Assembly: GCA_973895155.1 (NCBI GenBank)
Contig: OZ316896.1
Location: 1,860,001 to 1,924,000 of the forward strand
DNA length: 64,000 bases
Direction of reading: 5' to 3'
Source: Marsupella aquatica
Lineage: Eukaryota; Plantae; Marchantiophyta
In this document: positions 23,932 to 36,300 of the stretch, piece after piece
Layout: each line of letters opens with the position of its first letter
How positions within the stretch are numbered: the first letter of the stretch is position 1
Notes under the pieces: generated by a model
What the model saw: only the letters and a program-made list of their open reading frames with translations
Told to the model about the DNA's origin: nothing
Database searches by the model: none
Position numbers and translations under genes: made by a program

Positions 23932-26900
23932 ATGCCTCCCGTTGGCAGCACTGTAAACACTGCCAATCCAACGCGTCCTCGCAGGGAGAAGCGTTTCACC
24001 TACGTGTTACGCGATTCAAATGACTACAAGGTTAGATTGTCCGATGGGCTCACGGGGACCACTGTCCTCAGTGACGACTCCCACTGTGATACGTTTGTGC
24101 TAGAGACTAGGGTGGAGTTAGCTTTCGTTTTTGGAGTATTGCAGTTGTTGGACATCAAGAGTTAGCAATTTCGCTAGCTTGGGGGTCCGTTGGATGGTGG
24201 CTGTGGTCTATGCGATGAGGAGGGATTGACATATGTGTGTGCGTAAAAGAGTTACAGCTTTCAAGATTAGAGTTTCTGATGAATTCACTAACTCGACCTT
24301 TTTCTGACACAGCATTGTTCCGGAATCAATTGTGTTAAAGTGGCAAGATCCGTGGACGGCGCGGAAAGGGATTTTCTGTTCACTGGGAGTCGAGATGGAA
24401 CCCTGAAAAGATGGGAGCTGGGTGAGGAGACCGCGGCCTGCCGGGCCACATTCGAATCGCATGTAGATTGGGTACGGTGATGATGTGCTTACGAATCACG
24501 GATGTTAAGGATTCCGCAATATAGCGCTTCCTCTGCCTTGTGTCCAACATCCAGTTAGGTCTTTCAATTGAGGGTTAGGTTTGTACCGCAACAACTGCCT
24601 CGACCTTGGGAAACGCAAGGACTATCCCGCGGATGTTTTTCGTGATCGATAACTGAGCAGTCGAAAGTGTAGTGTGCAGTTTCGGAGTCGAAGTATGTTG
24701 CCCAGGCTGAGCTTTGTACCTTGTGGTTTTGGACAGGTCAACGATGTTGTGCTCACTGGGGTTGACACACTGGTATCATGCTCGTCAGATACCACTCTCA
24801 AGGTACTTCAACGCGATAGTACTTCTAGCGGATGTTAGGAGTCTTCCTATCGAGCACTGCCATAATTTCCTTGCGATGAAAATGATCTATGAATTTAACA
24901 GGTTGAATGACATTTGCAGACATGGCGGGCTTTCTCCAATCGGGAATGTACACGGACGTTCAAGCAGCACTCAGACTACGTCACTTCACTCGCGTCTGCA
25001 CGACAAGTGAGGTTTCTCACCAGTAAAATACTAATTTCTAGTCGATAGCTAAGTGGTTTGTTCTCTCTGAGAAGTTCGCTTTTAACTCGGGAGTGGACAC
25101 CACGAAATTTTCGTGGACGGAATCTGGTGGATGGAGAATTTAGTCGGCTCTTCAATTTCCCTGCCATAAATTTTCTTCACACTCCGACCATGGATGGTGT
25201 TGTCTTCAGTTTTGAAGGTTGTATTATATGGGTCAATTGAACATCCCATTTTGTGCGCTCTTTCAGAGCAACATTGTCGCGTCCGGTGGTCTTGGCTGCG
25301 AGGTCTTCATATGGGATCTGGAAGCAGCCATGACGCCTATTGCACGTGCAAGCCACGAGGGAGCAGAGGAGGGGACACGCGATGGAACTTTTTCGGCTGT
25401 TGCTGCTCCACTTAGTGACCGTTCCTCCATTGCCAAGAGTGATGTGACTGCTCATCCTGCACTTCCACAAGGGTATGCACCCATTCTGGCAAAGGGGCAC
25501 AAGGAGTCGATCTACGCGCTGTCTATGAATGATGCAGGCACAACTCTTGTATCTGGTGGGACAGAGAAGGTTTGTGGATTTCCTTGTGATTAATATGCTG
25601 AAAATACCATTGCTGGGAAGTGAGCAATGCCTTGAATTGGTCTTATCTTTCTCTGAGTTCCTCAGACATTTGTGGGTCGGCTATTACAATCGTGTTATTC
25701 GTATAATGGGTTCAGGCTGTGCGGGTTTGGGATCCAAGAACTGGAACTAAACAAATGAAGCTGAAAGGACATACGGACAATGTGCGTGCATTGGTACTAG
25801 ATCCCACTGGCAGGTATACTACAGCTGGCCACTTTGGTGAAACAGGTGTTATTGCATTGCACTGAATGGGAAGATTACTTGATTTATGAAGTGGCAACGA
25901 AATTTACGGAGGGCTTTATCGTTTCTAAACTTAGGGTTCTCATGTCATGTTACAGATTTTGCTTATCTGGATCGTCTGATTCCATGATCAGGTGACTATT
26001 CCCATTATTCTCAAGCAGGACATGCGTTTTATTTTTCATTTTTAGTGATGCTTTAGGGAGATCAAAGGGACAAATCCTTTCAGGTTTGTTTGGGTAACTA
26101 CTTTCGCCTAATTGCTTCGCTGCAGTTGTCAAGAGAAGTTTCGTGGATTGAATCGCAGGCTTTGGGATCTGGGTCAACAGCGTTGTGTGCATTCTTATGC
26201 TGTTCACACCGACTCTGTTTGGGCTCTGGCTAGCACTCCGTCATTCAGCCATGTCTATAGTGGTGGAAGGGATCTTTCAGTAAGTTTCCACAAGCCTGAA
26301 CCCTTGGATTTCGATGGACGACTGGATAGCTGCCACGTGCAGTTACTTCGTTTCGATGTCTTTTTGCCTGCTTTAAGGTTCAAATCTTTGACTAATGGTG
26401 CTAGATCACTGGTACTTGTTCTGGTATTAGGTGTATGTAACAGATCTGGCAACGCGGGAAAGTACGCTGCTATGTCTGGAAGAACAACCAGTCCAGCAGT
26501 TAGCACTACAAGGGGATGAGTCTTTGTGGGTTGCAACGACTGATTCTTCTCTGAACAAGTGGCCAGTTCGAGAGAAGAGTCGAGGCAAGACATACCAGAG
26601 AACTAGCTCATTTGTTGCGGGTTCCTTACCATTTGCTCGAGCAAGGGCATGTATGGATGGCTCAGCACCTGTAAGTAAATTTTCATACTAATTAGAGTTT
26701 CCTGACAGTTTTCCTTGAGCGATGGTTGGACCGAGCCTGTTACTTGTTTTTGCTTCGTGTATTTTCAACGTTGTTTTCCTTGTCAGGGCTTGTTGGTGAC
26801 TCCCACCTTCACTCTGTGATCTCTTTGAATTCTTGTTTAATTTTACAGCAGGTCCCCTTGCACTCCACACCGGCCGCAGTCATTCCTGGCACTTCAGGGA

Positions 26901-29493
26901 TCGTGCGTCATGCAATTTTGAATGACCGTCGCCATGTCCTGACCAAGGTAAGGCAGCACTAGCAAATCAGGAATGTTGCCCAATTCCGTAGTTATGGATG
27001 GCTTTGGGGAAGTAGGTAAGGAATTAGTCAGGTGGGGCATGTCGCAGGGACGCACTTGACCTAGACTAGAGTTGGATTTCTCTTTTTAAATAAATCTCAA
27101 GGTTCTGTTCTCTCATAACAGAAAGCCATGGCAGTTCTTTTGAAATCTACCTTGATATGTGAAGGATGCGGCAGGTGTAGTGAAGAGATGGGAAATCACA
27201 CGGGGTACTGTCATTAATGACTACGGCGTTGTAAGTCACCCTTCTTTGTTCATGTCACTTGAAGTGTCTTCTTCGTCTTTCGAAGTGAATTTCAGCTGTC
27301 GCTCATTTGTAATTACACGTGTTTGGGTCACCTCAATTTATGCCAGCAGACGGTGGTGTTTTCACCAATTTGTTTCTTACCCCTGCTGATAGTTGAGAAA
27401 TTGCCACCGCAGGTGTCTTTTGAACAGAAAGAGAAAGATCTTTTCGAGATGGTAAGTGTTCGACGGCATATCACCAGCTACCGATTTCTATATGTACCCC
27501 TCGGAATGATGTCTTTTATTTGCGCTGTGTGGTCATTGTTTTCTTGTTCTTTTCGTTAAGGAAGGAAGGTGACCAACATTTCACTCTTTTGATATTTCCC
27601 CGTGTGAGCAGGTAAGTGTTCCAGCATGGTTCACCATGGATACAAGGCTTGGGAGCATATCGGTACATCTTGATACACCACAATGCTTCTCAGCAGAAAT
27701 GTATGCGGTAGACTTACAAGTACCAAATGCCACTGATGAGTTGAAGGTTTGTACCAGACGATCCTTACGTACGAAGATGCAAGCTATGCATTTGTCGAAT
27801 TCAAGGTGTGAGCTTTCTGTTGATACTTGTGCAATGCTTGATTGCCTCCCGTTTCCCTGTGTCATGTAGTCAAGCTAACTTTGGAATTTGGTGCTACAGC
27901 TAAATCTTGGGCAGGAGACTCTCAGAGGACTTTTGGCTCATTGGTTAAGTAGGCGAAGACACAAGGTTGGACCTACCGCAAATGGAGATGCCAGCAGTGG
28001 GGAACCAGGGGTCAGGGGTGAGCATGGGACAGACAAGAAGAGCCTTACTGATGATTCCCATGACCAGGCTGAATACCATCACGTTAAAGTGTTGCCTGCA
28101 TTTGAGTTTCCAACTGCCTCACCCCCATCCATCATCACAGAAGGATCACAGGGAGGACCTTGGCGGAAAAAGTCAACAGATTTGGATGGCGCGGAAGATG
28201 AGAAGGAGCTTCCAGTATGGTGTATTGATTGTGTGCTACACGGTCGTCTTCCTCCCAGAGACAATGCGAAGTATGTAAAGCTAAATCATCCATTGAGGAA
28301 TGCGTAGTGATTTCTCTTTCAGTTCAGATTTGCATCCCCCAGGCTAATGCAGCTCAATAGTCAACAAAATTTTATTGGGGATTCTAGTTGTCCCATTATT
28401 CTATCTGCATTTCAATTTGACATCAGGTCAGACAATCATCTCAGTATTTCAGACAATTTTGCTAAGAGCGCCAACTCTTTTGAATGTGGACGTTTGTTTA
28501 TGCCCCTTAACCTGCACATCGTAATTTAAGGAACAATGCCGCATCTAGCAATTTTTTAGGCCCTGATACGTTGGCATCCATTCACCTTTTTTCCAAACGT
28601 GTGGATTGGTTGGTTGCAGATGTAGCTTTTTCTTACAACCTTTGGAAGGCACGTCCCTACAAGGACTTACTCAAGGGAAACTAAGCGCCCCCCGAATTTT
28701 GCGGATACACAAAGTATTCACATCATCATCCTTGACCAAAGATTTCACCTATTTTTATCTCTCGTTATCTGAGGCTATAGTTGTTTCAGAAGTTCTCATC
28801 AACTTCTCAGCGGTCTGGTACATGTAGTTGTTGTGTTAATGTTCTTTCTATAAATGATGTTCTGGTGAATGGAACTCGGAATCTTCTTAACATTGTCCTG
28901 ATTTGCAGGTTGTAAATTATGTTCTAGAGAAACTTGTTATTGACAGGCCAGTAGATGAGAATGGGTCTGAAACGACTTCCACTTCTGGACATGGAGGCAA
29001 TCACCAAACAGGAAATGGGTATGGATCGTCTAGACAGGCCTCACAAAGAGCCTGGCTTCAGCCGGCTAGGCCTGTAGTTGAGATACTTTGTAACAATCAG
29101 GTACGCATGCTATTCTGTTGCTTGTATTGGACCGGATAAGTTTGTGGTGGATTGTTCATATTCTTTTGCAAATTGTTCAGCTGTATGATTGTTTCCCGTA
29201 AGTCCAAATGCAGACATTGCTCCCCTGTGGCCCCTTCGTCCTGGAGTTTGTTTGAAGTACAAAATCGTGATTTCGAAGTAGGCTTCATGTGACTAAGGGT
29301 ACAAGACAATCAGTTTAAAAACGAACTTGTATTTCAATGTCCTGTTCTGTAGTGACGACCTTGAGTCACTGACATTCCCCCTACAAAATTTCAGGTCCTG
29401 CCACCAGATATGAGTTTAGCAACTGTCCGAGCTTACATTTGGAAGAAACCGGATGATCTCTACCTCTATTACCGGACTGCCTCAACCCGGTGA
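23932..29493 (+). CDS. WDR48: WD40-repeat protein WDR48/UAF1 (Arabidopsis LRS1-like), deubiquitinase activator, about 766 aa, 17 exons
   Basis: Exons 23932-24030, 24313-24471, 24737-24802, 24920-25006, 25267-25569, 25716-25813, 25956-25991, 26159-26279, 26431-26670, 26852-26947, 27165-27230, 27413-27451, 27612-27746, 27900-28270, 28620-28713, 28909-29100, 29395-29493. Motifs [46 protein letters not shown] and C-terminal [33 protein letters not shown]. Confidence 0.93.
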
Positions 29494-31052
29494 ATGTGGG
29501 ACCTCAACAAGAATTGAAGTTGTTAATCTGTTGAACAATTCCATATTGCTTGTACTTATGTCACGTCCTTTGCCATTCATAGATTAAGGTTAGATGGGTT
29601 GATCACTTGCCTGCCCAGTGGCCAATTTTGGGAGGCACCTATTTTACTGATGATGCCACGTGCTTTTGAAGGGAATACTAACAGATGTTAAAATCATCTC
29701 TTCATCACACCTAGGGTGTAAAATTTGCATCATTTTTGAGTGAATATCCCCCTTCAAATTGATAGATATAAAGAAGAAAGCAACGTTGTGCGCGCTCACC
29801 TTTAATTTTGTGTACATTAGAAGTGAGCTTGCATAACTCTCATTCATGAGTAGGTTATAGTATAAGGCCGATGTGCAGATTGTTTGCCGGAGAGTGGTTT
29901 CCCTGTATGTCTTGGAAAGAAAGACAGGTGACAATATTCTAGATACGAGATTTAGTGGTAGGTAGATCAGATTCATGAAGTATCTTACGAAGGCAGGATG
30001 AGGACTTCTTATGCCCTGTGCACTTTAGGACTTTGATTGCATCATTAGTCAATATACAAGGAAGATATATAAGGGAATGGAGGATGCATATCTGAATTTT
30101 CTCTCCCTAATTTGGTTATTTTTTTAGACGTATCTGGCAGATCTGTTTTCACTCGAAGCATTGGCCAATCCTTTTTGTTTTGTTTGGACCAACCACAATT
30201 TTTTACCTAAGGGTGACAAAAGATAGGATTTTGCTTCACTGTTTGAGGGAACGTGCTCGCTTTTCTTCTGCAATGTTGTCATTACTCCGGTAACTTTGAC
30301 CCTAAATGTAATCAATTCTGACTACCTAGAATTGTGACATTTTCGTCTACCTTTCTGCGGTTTAAACACATGATAAATAGTACTGCTTGAGTCAATTAAT
30401 TGATGCTTTTATAACCGCAGAAATGCTAGCAGTACCTGGTTGGTTTTAGCGGAGTAGATTTGCAGCTTAGGGCCCTCCGCAATTGTAGAAGCTAGTTTTT
30501 GGGTAGGGGAATCTCTGGAAGGTGCTTGACAGCTGGATGGATTGGACTTCCTAATGCTTCTGGGGGAGACCTGTGGAACCATCAAGCTGGAGCTTGAACA
30601 TTTTGCTTGTTTTGATTCCTTATCCTTATGTAGTAACAACCTTCACTTACAGCATTGTGTGAGAGCTTTTGCACTTGTCCTGTCCGGTCACTGGAGTCGT
30701 AACTCATTTTGATTTCGTTTGCTGCGGAACTTATCTTGATATTGTTTGCTGTCAAGCTTGTTGTGGGACTCAAATGATAGAAGGACCTTCAACAACCAAA
30801 TCCATGAGATGCAAATTGTCTTTCATTGTGGAGTCTGGAAAGTAATTTTTAGATATTGGATTGGATTAAAACCCTTAATGCGGTGTACACAACACTGAAT
30901 GGTGCATTTTTCCATTCGAACAGAGTGATTTTGAGCCATAAATGATTCTCCTCATGCAAAATCTTAAGGGTCTGTTGAGAGGGACCTTAGTATCCAGACC
31001 TGAAACTCCTATTTTGATAATGATTCAAAGCAATTGCCTTGCCTTTTCTGAG

Positions 31053-31306
31053 ATGGTATTCACTTCAACGAGAAAGAGAATGCCTAATTGTAGCAAGAAA
31101 AACCCTTGAAGTTACACCAGAATATCATGAAGAGAAATGGTATTCACTTCAACGAGAAAGAGAATGCCTAATTGTAGCAAGAAAAACCCTTGAAGTTACA
31201 CCAGAATATCATGAAGAGAAATGGTATTCACTTCAACGAGAAAGAGAATGCCTAATTGTAGCAAGAAAAACCCTTGAAGTTACACAAGAATATCATGAAG
31301 AGAAAT
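31053..31306. repeat. Near-perfect tandem triplication, 3 x 84 bp
   Basis: atggtattcacttcaacgag...catgaagagaa starts at 31053, 31137 and 31221, with one substitution in copy 3. Confidence 0.95.
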
Positions 31307-32701
31307 CTCGAGTCTCGGAAGAAATAATTGTGATGGGCCAAACTGAGCTGGCAAAGTTTTCAAGTTAGACCAGCCGTCCAGACATCTCTCTTTCCACGAG
31401 TAGCAATTTGTTGATGTTCATAGTGGAATAATTCTACTGCTATCATTACCATAGTAGTCTTGTGTCACAATTAGTGTTTCACAAACTGTGTTCATATGAC
31501 AAGCCAACTTGTTGTCCACTAAATACTAATTGTTGAAGTTTGTAACTGTAGGTTTAGTTCTTTAGTTGATGTACAAGTGACTAGAAAAAGGTCTTGAACA
31601 GCCATAGGTTAGGAGCAAAACTGGTGGATGGGAAATAGTACAGTCATAGCCCAACCATTTGCCTTAAAAACACTCTGTTTGACATCATCGATCAGCGACC
31701 TGAGAGCATTTTTGCCGAAGGTCTGGGGTTGGCCCTTGCATGGAACAAGTGTTGGGTTCCATGGCGCAAGTCAGAGGAGAGTCCGCTCCCAGGGCCTGCT
31801 ACTCTCACAACTGATGAGAAGGTGGGGCAAGCGGGTGTGGGGGCATGGAGGCCTCCCTCCCTGCTCCCAGATCTTGCCTGAGCAAACACACAGATGAACC
31901 ACAAAAACTTGTTCTGGCATAGGTACTAGCCGTGTTGACATCTCGAGCATAAGCTGCATAGTCTGGTGTTAAGTAGCACCAAACAATAGACATGAGGGGA
32001 AATCACGCACCCACCCCACACTTTTGTCCAGGTAGTGCTGCTTGTCTTTCCTTTGCTTTCATTGGCTCCCACAAACTTTGGGCATACCCCTCTTCCGATG
32101 CAATCCTCGCCCCAATGAAACCTCTGAAACCCTACTCTTGGTCTTAGATATGTCTCTAGTCCATTAAGAGCAACAGACAAGCTGTAGATGAATAAAGGTG
32201 AAGTCCTGGTTAGAAGACAATGTGGGATATGATGCCCAAAAAGGAGGGCTTTAGCCCTTGTATGAGGGGACATTATGGTCCACAATGCCCATAACCAGAG
32301 CGTGAAGTGACATCAAACTTGAGTGATTGGAAAGAAACAAATTTTCTCCCTGAAATTTGGAAATTTTACTTTTTGTTTTAAGTTGAGTAACATATGGCAG
32401 GATTGAGGGGCACTGCATAATTCACTTCTCAAAGCAGGGTGTGTAGTGTAGAATATACATTCTGTAAACAGTACAAAGCCAAAACCCACTAAAGTCTCTA
32501 GTACATAGTAAAGTCCTGTTTACTAAAAATGACCTTAGTGCCCTTAAAGGTCTAAGACATTTTTCACACTAATTTTAGTAAAAATAGAGGGGAAAATTTA
32601 CAATGAACCTATTCAAATCTTGATTGTGCATGCTTCTCCATAGTGCCCTTAAAATTACAAAGAGAAAACTCACCAAGAAGTGTGAATGTAGTCATTTGGT
32701 G

Positions 32702-32860
32702 GGAGACATTTACTTGATGGACCCCCAAAATGCAAAGTATTACTTGATGGACCCCCATGAACTATCCAGACTGTTAACAGACCTTAAATTGACATACCAA
32801 AAACTCATGGGGTTGGTTGGGGAGAAATTTTAGTTTGAGGTCCATCAAGTAAATGTCTCC
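32702..32860. mobile_element. MITE, 159 bp, with 22-bp perfect TIRs and a probable 8-bp TSD (hAT-like)
   Basis: ggagacatttacttgatggacc (32702-32723) / ggtccatcaagtaaatgtctcc (32839-32860). Flanks atttggtg / ttttggtg match at 7 of 8. Confidence 0.8.
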
Positions 32861-33356
32861 TTTTGGTGGAGACTCAAGTGGAGCCATTTATTGTGAAGTT
32901 CAGAGGACTCTATGGACCTTTGTGTAGTATATTGTTAATATCAGTACATGGACTAAGGACCTTTGTGTAGTATACTGTTTTGGACACTAGGGTGTCTCAA
33001 ACTTGCTTTCTCCTTTTTTTCCGGTCAGCGGTTCTAAGAAATCTACATCTGCAACCTAGACCAAAACCCAACTTTCGGGCCAACTTAATCCATAGGGTTT
33101 CAGGTTTGAGATGAGTTCAACACGCTCCCACAGGTCAGCTGAGCGCCAACCATTTTAGAGTTGTTGCTGACAATTCTTGAAGGGTGCCAACACATATTGT
33201 GCAAAACAACTTTTGATGCGGATGACGGTGCCCTGACCACTCGAGTTACTTACGGTCACCTTTTGCAGGAACGGCATATGTTTGGTCCGTGACCTGGCCT
33301 GCACCATTTTGGTCACAAAAATCTACTGGAATGATCTGGCCTGTTTGTCCTGGAAT

Positions 33357-36300
33357 TGTAGACAATCTCTAATGAGATGGAGCTGTATTGAGAACGTTGT
33401 AGAGGGCCAAATAAGTAGAGGGAAAGGAGCCAGACTTGGCAAAAGATCAACGAATCTCCTCGCTAACCTAAGATCTAACAGCTAAGTAGTTAACTGTAAA
33501 TAACGTATTATAGACACGAGACTTATAACGTTAGATATTTCTGATATGTGCCAAATCCAGACCTAATCTATAGCTAATCTGAGTCACACGTGCTACCTGA
33601 TTCAAGCACTGACTACCTAACTTACGAGTAGCTAGCCGTTTAGTTCTAACACGCCGTCTCATGGAAGTAAGGGAGGATAGAAGAGTTTAAGCAACCTGGA
33701 AGACAATAATGGATAATTAAATTGAAGATGACATTTTGCCGAGTTTTGGTAGTGGGCCCAAGTGCAAGCATTGAAGCGCTAGGACAACTTGTCCAAATTG
33801 CTGCATGTTGGCTGCAGCAAAATAGCAACTTTGGATCCATGCCTGGCAGTGGATGGCAAGGAGCTGAAGGTGGAGTCGATAGAGACAATTGTTGAGCAAC
33901 AATTGCCAGTAATTCCAGCAGGATCTTATGGTGCATGTGCCTGGTACCCCCTCTGAAACAGGAATTACGACGGTCAAAGATGTAAGTGGTATTGATAAGG
34001 GGCCAGAAATTCTTGTGATACACCCGATGATACATAGGCACCACTATTATGCCGTTGTGGTTGGGCATAGGCCTGGGCGGATGCAATAGGGAAGTTAGTG
34101 TGTACCCTGGTAATTGCCATCAAGCCTTTCGTACATTGCAAGAGGTTGAGGTAATCCTTGCTTCATATAGGTTGAGAGGAATGTAGCCAAAACTATACAA
34201 CAGTTGTTAGGTTTGCATTGTACTGCCAAGGTTGATTTAACACCAATAAACTGTCGATGTTTCTTAGATTTGGCTCAAGAAAAAGGTTTTGTCAGTAAAT
34301 CTACAAGATTGTTTGTAGTGTTGATGTACCATAGAGTGATCTCCCCATCTAGCACCCTTTCGCAAATGAAATGGTACTTGCCTTCTATATGTTTGGTTAG
34401 TGCATGGAAAATGGGATTCTTGACTAATTTAATAGAACCCGAGATAGAACCATGATTTGCAATGCAAATGAACATTGAATGATGTTGGGATAGATGCGTG
34501 AGCAAGCTCAATGTGAAGTGAGGGATTTGAAAGCCTGATGGGTACCATGAGGGTGGAGTTGTGGTTGAGCTCAAGAAGCAAGCGTCGTATATGTATAGCT
34601 TCTTTTGCCCCTTGAAATAGAGCCTTATATTTGGATTCAGTGGTATTGTCAGTGAGAGACAGTAGTTTGAAGCTTGCTTGACCAGGAAATATGCCCATGA
34701 TGTGAGAGTTGAATTGAGTATACACCTTGGGATCATTGTTTATCAGGGCAGCCAAGGAAGTCAGCATCAGTGAAGCCCTGAAGAGTGACAACATATATGG
34801 ATCATTGAAATTAAATACCAAAATCAGTCGTACCCTTTAAGTTAAGTACCGTATAATATGTTTTATAGACTCCCAGTGTAGTTGATATGGACTAGACATG
34901 TTTTGACTGATGAAACCCATGTCGTAATTATGCAATGTCTGGTCGTGTTGTGTGAGAAAGACAACCCGATTGCATGACAATATTTGGTAATGTCAACAAA
35001 AGATTTGCCGGTTTCACTTGTGAGATTATGTCCTTTGGGGAGTGGAACATATTCAGTTTGAGAGTCTTGCATGCCAAAGTTGTTCACCGTAAGACATCTT
35101 GCATGCCAAAGTTGTTCATCGTAAGATATCTGATGCAAGATAAGACCTGTTGAGGTTCTACAAAACTCAATTCCAAGGCACTTGTGAACCATGCCCAAAT
35201 CTTTCATCTGATATGTTGTTGAAGATAACTACTTAGTTCTGACAGAGGCAAATGGATCAGGATGACTACCAATAATGAGTAAGTCATCTTGAACGTAAAG
35301 CATGAGAACAACAATGTGGCCGTCTTGATGACAAAAGTATAGATTGTGATCACCTAGACTTCAAATCCATCCAGTTGATTGGAGATGGGAGTCAATTTAT
35401 TTATACCATTCTCAAGGAGCATATTTCAGGCTGTATTAGGACCTGCAAAGCTTGCCCACCATGGATTCTTTGCCGGAAATTTTGAACCCCTGCGGCTAGT
35501 TCATAAGTTTCCTCCGTAAGCTTGCTGTTTAAAAATGTGATAACTACATTCATGATGTGATGTAGCTCCCAACCACTTGAGACAGCTAGAGCGACAATTG
35601 TGTGCAATGAGGAGCACTTCATGACAAGCGCAAATTTTTTGTTGTAGTTGATGCTGTATTTCTGCTCAAATTCTTGTGCAACAAATGTGGCTTTAAGACG
35701 AAACCTGGTGGAGTAAGGTTTTGTCCAAAATATATACCCAGTTTGTTGTAAGAGCTCTTCGACCAGTTGGGAGATAAATGAGCTCCCATGTACCCATTTT
35801 TGTGAGAGGCAATCTCTTCTTGCATAGCCTGTCTCTAGCCTGCATGGTTATTAAAGGCAACCCTGTTTGGTGGAGAGATTCTCACATTCCAGGCTGGAGG
35901 ACTGGACTACAAACGTGCTCATATCATAGTCATCATGCCATTGGGGAGGATGATGAGGCCAAAACTAGAGAATGACAAACTGGAGCAGGTCTAGGAGCAA
36001 CACCGTGATGCAAGGGTGCAAGTTCAATAGAGACACAACATAGAATGAGACTTGTTCAGAATTAGTACGTAGGAGGCACAACGTACATCGAGTGAGACTT
36101 GGTCAAGATCAGCAACAAGAATATTCCCCCTCCGGGACGATTGGCCCGAGAATGCCAGGATGTTGTAGGTGTATAGGAGCACACAGGCAATGGGACATCT
36201 GAGGTGGAGAATAGGACGTTAGTGAAAAAGGTTTGGGGCAGGAACAGGATCAGACTGGAGCATGCCCATTTTTGTTCATTGAACGCAACGTCTTTGGAGA

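Noticed and set aside
31039-31368. ORF with a 28-aa triple repeat; CRISPR-like look of this and other arrays
   Set aside because: The ORF exists only because the 84-bp unit is a multiple of 3. The repeats are contiguous with no unique spacers, and there are no cas genes in this eukaryotic context.
31690-32290. Short minus-strand ORFs as a gene
   Set aside because: Fragmented across frames with no splice logic. At most a weakly similar retroelement remnant, too degenerate to call.
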